DNA from: Planctomycetota bacterium | Lineage (GTDB): Bacteria; Planctomycetota; UBA11346 | NCBI GenBank assembly: GCA_038213805.1 | Contig: JBBQSO010000017.1 | Span: 1 to 64,000, forward strand | Direction: 5' to 3' | DNA length: 64,000 bases | Shown: piece after piece, positions 32,581 to 40,100 of the stretch | Numbering within the stretch: position 1 is the stretch's first letter | Layout of the letters: every line of letters begins with the position of its first letter | Position numbers and translations under genes: made by a program | The notes under the pieces: generated by a model | What the model was told of the DNA's origin: nothing | The model's input: the letters and a program-made list of their open reading frames with translations, nothing else | The model's database searches: none

Positions 32581-33837
32581 ATGCCGACCTGCTTGCTCCA
32601 CGCCTTCGCCTTCCTGCTCGTCGGCGCTGCCCTGCCGGCGGTGGAGATCAGCGTCATCCCCGACCATCCCACTGGCCTATATGCTGCAGGTGAGACCGTG
32701 ACCTGGACCATCGGTTCCAAGGACCAGGCCCCAGCGGACCTGAAATACACGGTGAAATCTGGCGGAACGGTCGAGGTCGCCAAGGGCGTCCTGGTCTTCG
32801 CCGACGGCAAGGCAACGGTCCAGGCCACTCTCGCGCAGGCCGGCACGCTGCTGCTCGAGATCCCGCACGACGGCAAGACGTCCTTCGGCGGCGCGGCCTG
32901 CGACTGGACGCACATCCCGGTCGCGCTGCCCGAACCCAAGGACTTCGACGCCTTCTGGAAAGCCAAGCTCGCCGAGCTCGCGAAAGTTCCGGTCGATGCT
33001 CGGCTCGAGCCGGTCGAATCCGATGTGGCCGGGGTGAAGCTGTGGAAGATCACCATGGGCAACATCCACGGCACGTCGATCCACGGCTATGTCGCGCGGC
33101 CCGACGGCGAGGCGCCGTGCCCGGCGCTGCTGCAGGTGCAGTACGCAGGCGTCTACCCGCTTGAGAAGCACTGGTCGCTCGACCGCGCCAAAGAAGGCTG
33201 GCTGGTGCTCAACATCATCGCCCACGACCTGCCGGTTGATCAGCCGAAAGAGTTCTACGCCCAGCAGTCCGACGGGCCGCTCAAGAACTACGCGTCGATC
33301 GGCGCCGAGGACCGCGAGACCAGCTACTTCCTGCGCATGTACCTGTCGTGCTTCCGCGCTGCCGATTACCTGGCGAAGCGCCCGGACTGGAACCACAAGA
33401 CGTTGCTGGTGGAGGGTGGCAGTCAGGGCGGCCTGCAGACCGTGGTCACCGCCGGGTTGCATCCCGCGGTCACCGTCATCACCGCCAACGTCCCGGCGGG
33501 GTGCGACATGGATGGCGCCGCGCTGCACCGCGAGCCGGGCTGGCCGCACTGGGTATGGGCCGGCGCGAATCTCCAGAAGCTGGTCACCGCCAGCGCATAC
33601 TACGACGTCGTCAACTTCGCCAAGCGCGTGAAATGCCCGGCGCTGATCGGACTGGGCCTGGTCGACACCACCTGTCCGCCGGCCGGGGTGTTTGCGATGA
33701 TCAACCAGCTCACCGCGCCCAAGCGCCTGGTGATCATGCCCCTTGCCGGGCACATGGGCGACCATGGGCCTTTCTATCCGGTGATGGGCATGTGGTGGAA
33801 CGCGGCGAAGAACGGGCAGGCGCTGCCGCTGCAGTGA
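32581..33837 (+). CDS. Secreted acetyl xylan esterase / cephalosporin-C deacetylase-like (CE7)
   Basis: EPKDFDAFW, GGSQGG nucleophile, YYDVVNFA, DTTCPP, AGH. Confidence 0.88.
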   Translation: MPTCLLHAFAFLLVGAALPAVEISVIPDHPTGLYAAGETVTWTIGSKDQAPADLKYTVKSGGTVEVAKGVLVFADGKATVQATLAQAGTLLLEIPHDGKTSFGGAACDWTHIPVALPEPKDFDAFWKAKLAELAKVPVDARLEPVESDVAGVKLWKITMGNIHGTSIHGYVARPDGEAPCPALLQVQYAGVYPLEKHWSLDRAKEGWLVLNIIAHDLPVDQPKEFYAQQSDGPLKNYASIGAEDRETSYFLRMYLSCFRAADYLAKRPDWNHKTLLVEGGSQGGLQTVVTAGLHPAVTVITANVPAGCDMDGAALHREPGWPHWVWAGANLQKLVTASAYYDVVNFAKRVKCPALIGLGLVDTTCPPAGVFAMINQLTAPKRLVIMPLAGHMGDHGPFYPVMGMWWNAAKNGQALPLQ

Positions 33838-33946
33838 TGCGGATTTTTTTCAGCCGGTCTCGGCGATTCCACGCCTCTCCTCTGGGAGTCCTGGCGGTAA
33901 AATCTCAGTGACCGACGTGTGACGAGATCGAGAACATCGGGCGCGC

Positions 33947-34723
33947 TTACGGAGCGGGCGTGCTCGGTGTGGTGAAGCCGGCAGCATTGAAGATCTTGCG
34001 CGCCACGGCGCCCTGCAGCCAGGTGGCGAAGACCGCGGCGGCCGGCTTGGCGGTCGCCGTCAGGGCCAGCGGGTAGCGGATCGGGGCATGCAGGTCTGGC
34101 GGGATACCGGCCACCTGCACGACCTTGGCATCACCGCGGATGTCGGTGGCGTACACCACGCCGAGATCCGCCTCGCCGAGTTCAACCAGGCGCAGCGCAG
34201 CGCGCACGTCCGCGGCCGGCGCTAGGCGCCCGACCAGGGCGTCCCACCAGCCCAGGCGGATGAACGCCTCCTTGGCATAGACGCCGGCCGGCACGTTGCT
34301 CGGATCGCCGATCGCCAACCGCCCACGGAAGGCGGCGCCGATGGCGAAGCCCTTTTCCACGGTGATCGCCGGCGCCGTGCCGGCCGGAGCGATCAGCACC
34401 AGACGGTTGCCCAGCAGGTCGACCCGCGAAGCGGGCGCGATCGCCTGCCGCTGCGCCAGCCAATCCATCCACGTCTCGTCAGCCGACAGGAAGAGGTCGG
34501 CGGGCGCGCCCTGTTCGATCTGCTTGGCGAGCGTCGACGAGCTGGCAAAGCTGCACACCACGTGCACGTGCCGCTCCAGCTCGTAGGCCGTCACCGCCAC
34601 CTGCAGGGTGTCGGCGGTGCTGGCAGCGGCAAAGATGGTGATGGCGTCGTCCGCGCCCAGGCGCAGGCAGACGGTGGTCAGGACGAGCAGGCGGATGACG
34701 GTGGCGGGTGAGGGTCTGCGCAT
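33947..34723 (-). CDS. modA: Molybdate ABC transporter substrate-binding protein
   Basis: IFAAAS, ASSSTLAKQIEQGAPADLFLSA, DPSNVPAG, VVYATD. Confidence 0.93.
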   Translation of the reverse strand: MRRPSPATVIRLLVLTTVCLRLGADDAITIFAAASTADTLQVAVTAYELERHVHVVCSFASSSTLAKQIEQGAPADLFLSADETWMDWLAQRQAIAPASRVDLLGNRLVLIAPAGTAPAITVEKGFAIGAAFRGRLAIGDPSNVPAGVYAKEAFIRLGWWDALVGRLAPAADVRAALRLVELGEADLGVVYATDIRGDAKVVQVAGIPPDLHAPIRYPLALTATAKPAAAVFATWLQGAVARKIFNAAGFTTPSTPAP

Positions 34724-35071
34724 GGTGATGTCCGCTCTGGCCAGGTTCTGACCGCACGCCTCTGTAGAGACCAAGCGGATCCGTGCAACGCGTGTTCCAG
34801 CGCCACGGCGCCCGTGTCCGTTCGACAGCTGCAGCGGCCGCTCGCTCACGACCAAGGAGCAGTGCGGCCAAACGCTGACCCGCCGGAAGGGTCGAGCTCG
34901 TCCGTTGTCGATGCATCGGTCGATGGCGCGCGATCAGGGGCTGTCAGAGGGCGGCCCCAGCTTGACCGTGCACGCACCGACCATCCTGAAGCACGAGCCG
35001 GAGGGGATCCGCGGTGTGGGGTGCCGCGTCGGGTGGCTTGTCCGCGAGTAGGGCAGGCCTACCACTTCGCC

Positions 35072-35569
35072 ATGCCCAGCTACGCCATTGCCGATGCCGC
35101 CCTGATCGCGGAGTGCGAGATTTCGAATTCGTCGACGCACAGTCCCGGTGGACAGCACCGCAACAAGACCGAGTCGTCAGTGCGTTTCCGGCATCGGCCG
35201 AGCGGGCTGGTCGCGCAATGCGAAGAACACCGCGACCGCGCCGACAACCGCGCCGCGGCGCTGCTGCGCCTGCGCATCCGCCTCGCGCTGCGCGAGCGCG
35301 GCGTCGCTGACGTGGCATGGCTGCAGCCCATGCGCCGCGGCAACGGCTTGGCAATCGCGCCGCACGCACCGGGGTACGCGCTGGCGGTGGCGTGCTGCCT
35401 CGACGCCCTCGCCAATGCCAAGGCCGTAATCGGCGAGGCGGCGCGCGCGCTGGCACTGTCCACCAGCCAATTCACCAAGGTGCTCGCCGCCGACAAAGAG
35501 GTCATGCACGCCGCCAACGACCTGCGACTCGCCGCCGGGCTGCGGCCGATCCGGGTGCATGACGGGTGA
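35072..35569 (+). CDS. RF-1 domain GGQ peptidyl-tRNA hydrolase-like protein
   Basis: PGGQHRNKTESSVRFRHRPSG..NRAAALLRL; lacks codon-recognition domains. Confidence 0.82.
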   Translation: MPSYAIADAALIAECEISNSSTHSPGGQHRNKTESSVRFRHRPSGLVAQCEEHRDRADNRAAALLRLRIRLALRERGVADVAWLQPMRRGNGLAIAPHAPGYALAVACCLDALANAKAVIGEAARALALSTSQFTKVLAADKEVMHAANDLRLAAGLRPIRVHDG

Positions 35570-35581
35570 GGCGGGAGGGGC

Positions 35582-35634
35582 GAGAGGCGTGAGAGGCGTG
35601 AGAGGCGTGAGAGGCGTGAGAGGCGAGAGGCGAG
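35582..35634 (+). repeat. Tandem repeat (GAGAGGCGT)x4 + (GAGAGGC)x2
   Basis: Direct reading, just after the stop codon. Confidence 0.9.
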
Positions 35635-35921
35635 TCTGAGGGGCAGCCGATCACATCTGCGTCCGTCGGCGCTGGATTCACCGCGGCAACCTCCGGCCCG
35701 GGCGCGTCCTGCCGCCTCGTTGGGCCGCATCACCCGTCAGCCACGAGGCGTTCTTCTCGGGAGCCTCCAACCCACGTCCCGCGCGCCCCTTGCGACTCCA
35801 TGACGGCCCCGCTCCACGGCCCGCGGCAATGTCCTGCACGCGGGGATGTGACGAGGTCCCCGCCTCCTGGTGGCGCCCCGGTCAGCTCAACGCGCGCTGC
35901 CATCCCAGGTATCACCCCTTG

Positions 35922-36977
35922 ATGAAATCGCCTGATTTATCACTAAATCACAGGATTCTTGCTCGCCCCGGCGAGCGGGCCACCCTCGCCGACGTGGCCC
36001 GCCTCGCCAACGTCAGCGCCATGGCCGCCTCCGCGGTGCTCAATGGCGCGCAGACTTCCACGCGCGTCGCTGCCGCGACCCGTCTGCGCATCCAGGCCGC
36101 CGCGGCGCGGCTCGGTTACCAGCCGAACGCGGTGGCGCGCTCGCTGGCGCGCAAGCGCACCGACGCCATCGGCATCTACACCGGCGCCGGCACGCTCACC
36201 GCCGACGTGACGTTCGGCGCGGCCATCCTGGCTGGCCTGCAGAAGGGCTGCGCCGCCGCGGGCAAGGACCTGCTGCTGCGGGGTGGCTTTGCCCAGCCCG
36301 AACGCTGGGGCGTCAGCTACGGCGAGCTGGTCGACGGCCGCCTCGACGGCGCGGTGGTGCTGGCGGCGCCCGACGCGCCGCTGGTCGCGCAGCTCGCCGG
36401 GTCGCCGCTCGCGGCCGTGGCGATCGTCGACGCCATCCCGGGCATGCCTTCCATCGTCGCCGACGAGGCCGACGGTGCGCGCTTGCTGGCCACCCATCTC
36501 GCCGACCGCGGCCACCGCCGCATCCTGTGGCGCCCATCGGTCGGCGAGTGCGACTCGGTGACGCGCCGCCTTGACGGTCTGCGCCGTGCGTGCGCCGCGC
36601 TCGATGTCGCCGTGGTCATCGGCGACGGCGGCTACCTGCCGCGGCCCTTCACCGCGCGCGAACGCGACCTGCTGCGCCCCGGCCGCAAAGGTCGCGCCAG
36701 CGCGGTGGTCTGCTACGCCGACTACGTGGCCGAAGCGCTGTGCGACGACGCCCAGCAGCTCGGCTGGTCGATTCCCGGCGACCTCGCCATCGCCGGCTTC
36801 GACGGCATCGAGCTCGTCCATCAGCCGCGCCCATGGCGGCGCGTGACCACCGTGCGCTGCCATTGGCAGCGCGTCGGCTGCATGGCGGTCGAACTGCTCA
36901 GCCGCATGATCGACGGTGGTGCGCTGCCGGCGCTGACCGCACTGCCGGTCGAGCTGCGCCCCGGCGACACCACTTGA
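35922..36977 (+). CDS. LacI-family transcriptional regulator
   Basis: ATLADVARLANVS..ASAVLN, LGYQPNAVARSL, IAGFDG, VTTV. Confidence 0.94.
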   Translation: MKSPDLSLNHRILARPGERATLADVARLANVSAMAASAVLNGAQTSTRVAAATRLRIQAAAARLGYQPNAVARSLARKRTDAIGIYTGAGTLTADVTFGAAILAGLQKGCAAAGKDLLLRGGFAQPERWGVSYGELVDGRLDGAVVLAAPDAPLVAQLAGSPLAAVAIVDAIPGMPSIVADEADGARLLATHLADRGHRRILWRPSVGECDSVTRRLDGLRRACAALDVAVVIGDGGYLPRPFTARERDLLRPGRKGRASAVVCYADYVAEALCDDAQQLGWSIPGDLAIAGFDGIELVHQPRPWRRVTTVRCHWQRVGCMAVELLSRMIDGGALPALTALPVELRPGDTT

Positions 36978-37027
36978 ATCCGCCGCGCCCCATCCCACAC
37001 CCATTACCAGAACCCCAGGAAGAACCC

Positions 37028-37834
37028 ATGTTCCGCACTCCCGACGCACCGGCGCTCCGCCGCGCTCCCGCCACTCGCATCCGCCACTCCGCCATCTGCG
37101 CCCTCGCCGCGCTGGCGTGCATGGTCGGCGCCTGCGCGCCGCTCATGGCGGCCGACGCCACCGGTCCGACGCCCTTCCCCGATGCGCAGGACGAGAAGAG
37201 CTGGCCCGGTACCGGCCCCATCCGCGTGTTCGGCTGGATGGTCGACAACCGCAATTATTTCTGGACGCAGCGCCAGGCGGCGCACGGCGCGGTGGTGTTC
37301 ATCGGCGACTCGCTGACCGGCAACTGGGACGCCAAGCAGATGGCAACGCTCTTCCCCGGGATGAAGATCGCCAACCGCGGCATCGGCGGTGATGTCAGTC
37401 GTGGCGTGCTTTTCCGCCTCCAGGAAGACGCCCTCGACCTTGATCCCAAGGCGCTGGTGGTGTGCATCGGCTCCAATGATCTCAGCGCGCATGCGGACAC
37501 CGCCGGCGCCATGGCCAACATCGCCGCGATCATCGCCAAGGCGCGCGCGCACAGCGCGACCATGCCCATCGTGCTGTGCACCCTCGCCCCGCGCCGCTCG
37601 GCGGTAGCCCCGACCAAGCCCGGCGCCCACGCCGACCTCAACGCGCGCATCACCGCATTCGCCAAGGACCAGCAGCACCTCGCGCTGCTCGACCTGCCCC
37701 CGGTGCTCGGCACCGCCCTCGACGCGCCCACGCCGGCCTACTACGCCGACGACCTGCTCCACCTCGCGCCCCCCGGCTACGAGCGCTGGGCCGCTGCCCT
37801 GCACCCGGTGTTCAAGACGCTGGGCGTGGAGTAA
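37028..37834 (+). CDS. Secreted SGNH/GDSL hydrolase
   Basis: VVFIGDSLT, NRGIGGD, IGSND, DLLH; SD AGGAAG. Confidence 0.9.
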   Translation: MFRTPDAPALRRAPATRIRHSAICALAALACMVGACAPLMAADATGPTPFPDAQDEKSWPGTGPIRVFGWMVDNRNYFWTQRQAAHGAVVFIGDSLTGNWDAKQMATLFPGMKIANRGIGGDVSRGVLFRLQEDALDLDPKALVVCIGSNDLSAHADTAGAMANIAAIIAKARAHSATMPIVLCTLAPRRSAVAPTKPGAHADLNARITAFAKDQQHLALLDLPPVLGTALDAPTPAYYADDLLHLAPPGYERWAAALHPVFKTLGVE

Positions 37835-37863
37835 GGACGGACGTCCTGGGGAGCACAAAAGAA

Positions 37864-37886
37864 CGCCAAGGCGCCAAGACGCCAAG
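37864..37886 (+). repeat. Short repeat (RCGCCAAG)x3
   Basis: acgccaag gcgccaag acgccaag between convergent genes. Confidence 0.7.
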
Positions 37887-37963
37887 GACCAGCGCAACCA
37901 TCGCGCATCATAGGGCGACGGCCCCGGTGGTCCTCGTTTTGGTGGTGCCTGGCATCGTTGTTC

Positions 37964-38473
37964 TCACTTCCCCTGCCCGTCTCCGGCAGGGTCGGCCTCC
38001 GGGGGGTTCTTCACCGGATCCGCTCTCTGATCCTTGTCAGTCTCCGTGTCCTTCTGCGACTCGGGATCCTTGTCCTTGTCCTTGTCCGCTTCGGCTGCGG
38101 CCGCCTTGGCAGCACCCGTATACCCGTCGATCACGCCGGTGAGAAACTCGCTCGTGTCCGACTTCTTCTGCTTCGGATGGTACTTCATGGCCAGCAGCAG
38201 GCGTTCGAAGATGTAGCCGTTATCCGCGTTGCTCCTGATGTCGGCCATGATCCGGTCGTAGGCCGCCGGATCGAGGTCCTCGCCCTTCTTCATCACCTTC
38301 ATCAGCAGAGTCGACATCACCCCGTCGATGACATGCGCGGATTTCTCCGTCAGCTTCGACTGCTTCGCAACCGATTCCTGGTACGCGCCCAGCAGCCTGA
38401 AGGTCCCGACCGCGATCAGCAGCGCTGCGACGCTGACGATCAGGCAGGCGATGCTGATGATGGTCTTGTGCAT
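37964..38473 (-). CDS. Hypothetical N-terminally membrane-anchored protein with acidic/Lys tail
   Basis: TM helix after MHKT; GC3-biased codons; DKDKDKD tail. Confidence 0.6.
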   Translation of the reverse strand: MHKTIISIACLIVSVAALLIAVGTFRLLGAYQESVAKQSKLTEKSAHVIDGVMSTLLMKVMKKGEDLDPAAYDRIMADIRSNADNGYIFERLLLAMKYHPKQKKSDTSEFLTGVIDGYTGAAKAAAAEADKDKDKDPESQKDTETDKDQRADPVKNPPEADPAGDGQGK

Positions 38474-38808
38474 GGGGGTGGTCCTTTGCGGTGGGCTCGT
38501 CGGAGTCGGGCGTTCGTGCCCGCCCGCGCTAACCAATCCTGCACATACCAGGCGATCATGATCGCGCCGGCAGCGTCAGGAGCTTCCTGGTGAGGGAGCA
38601 TGCACGTGCCGGTGGCAATGCCAAGCCGGAGGTCGATGGCTGAGCGCTCGCCGGACAGGATGAGTCCCATTCGCCTGGGGCACATCGAGGGCGTCAGGAC
38701 CTGGGGTCGAGCGGCAAGATCCCGCGTCGCTGGTGCGCGGAGTGGACGGCACAGCGAGCTGGGGCTCGTTTCTCCCGGCTGCCTGGCGATGTTTCCGGCG
38801 AAGCGTCC

Positions 38809-39807
38809 TTACTTACGTGCCTCCGGCAGCCCCAGCTTCCCTGTCGGCACCGCCGGACCCGTCCCCGGCACGAACAGGCGGAGCGCCTGCCCATACGCCA
38901 GTCGGCTCGCCACGCGTGCATTCACCACCATCTGCAGACGCTCGCGCTGGTCGACCTCCTGCAGGGTGATGAGCGCCGCCGCGAACGTCTTGCTGCCATC
39001 GCCTGGCACGACCGCTGTCACCGCCCCTGGGGTCAGCTGTTTCGCCCGCGCCGCGCTGCACCACGGCACCGTGAACGACACCGCGCCGGTCAGCACGTCG
39101 ACATCCGTGACATAGCACGGCAGACCCAGGCGATCCTCGTCCTGGTGGTGCTTGGCGTCCTGCAGCGCTGCGATCTCCTTGTCGCCGTTGCGATCGGCGA
39201 TTTCCACCGTGACCTTGACCCCGTCCTTCAAAACCTGCTGCAGAATGACCTCGTCACCGACCGCCAGCCCGTCGATGCCCGTCGCCGTGGCACCCTTCCA
39301 GACCTTTACCGCCGCATCGTAGTGGAAGCGGTTATAAAGATCCTTGCCTTTGCTGCCGTCGGGATTCTTCAGCGGACGCGCCGTCACGAAGCTGCGCCCC
39401 TCGGGCTCGATGGCGACGACCTTGTCGAAGAACCCATGGCGCGCCGTCATGTGCAGCTCGTCCTGCACCGCGCGCGGCCATGTCCACTTCCGCTCGTCGT
39501 CAACGTACATGAACAGCATCACGCGCTGCCCGGCGAAGAAGTCCCCCAGCTCGCCCCACGAATCGCGGTAGTGCAGTTCGGTATCCATGCGGATCGGCAC
39601 CGTCACCTGGCTGCCATCCTTGTCGAGCACCAGCGTCATGGTGTGCGCCGTCGCGTCGGTGGACACCACGCAGCCGAAGGCGCGCGCCATCTCATTGAAG
39701 GCGTCGCCCTGGAACTTGGCCACCGGGAGCGGCGTCTCGGCCGCGGTGGTGTGGCAAGCGTTGGCGATGAGCGTGGCGGCGATGGCGATGGACAAGCGGC
39801 TGGGCAT
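38809..39807 (-). CDS. Secreted hypothetical protein, possibly three tandem beta-barrel (OB-like) domains
   Basis: Signal peptide, SD GAGG; repeated V-x-x-D..TL..L..G-x-x-V pattern. Confidence 0.65.
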   Translation of the reverse strand: MPSRLSIAIAATLIANACHTTAAETPLPVAKFQGDAFNEMARAFGCVVSTDATAHTMTLVLDKDGSQVTVPIRMDTELHYRDSWGELGDFFAGQRVMLFMYVDDERKWTWPRAVQDELHMTARHGFFDKVVAIEPEGRSFVTARPLKNPDGSKGKDLYNRFHYDAAVKVWKGATATGIDGLAVGDEVILQQVLKDGVKVTVEIADRNGDKEIAALQDAKHHQDEDRLGLPCYVTDVDVLTGAVSFTVPWCSAARAKQLTPGAVTAVVPGDGSKTFAAALITLQEVDQRERLQMVVNARVASRLAYGQALRLFVPGTGPAVPTGKLGLPEARK

Positions 39808-40100
39808 GGGGGCCTCGACTGCGGAACCTGGGGAGGGGGCAAGCGTTGCCGGGACGAGCCAGAATGTGGTGCGCGCGGTGCTGTCAGCTCAGCGCGCCAA
39901 CGGCGCGCACAGACACGCAGCCCAGGGAGACTGTCCGATCGCGACGTTCACGCTCAAGGCAGGCGGCCTGCTCAAAATGCGAAAAAATCCGTCGCTTGGT
40001 CAACGTCAAACAGCACGTCATCAGCGATACTGAGCCTGCGGAGCAGGCGGCAGAAATGAGTTCGGGGCGTGAGCCCTGGATCCGCCAACGCCATCCCCCA

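Noticed and set aside
32307..33074. N-terminal 256 aa of the 920-aa acyltransferase ORF
   Set aside because: Overlaps the CE7 gene antisense; the family motif begins just after 32306
34724..35071. Moco/Tuco riboswitch or ModE box upstream of modA
   Set aside because: Conserved motifs not recognisable by eye; an Infernal search with the Rfam Moco model would settle it
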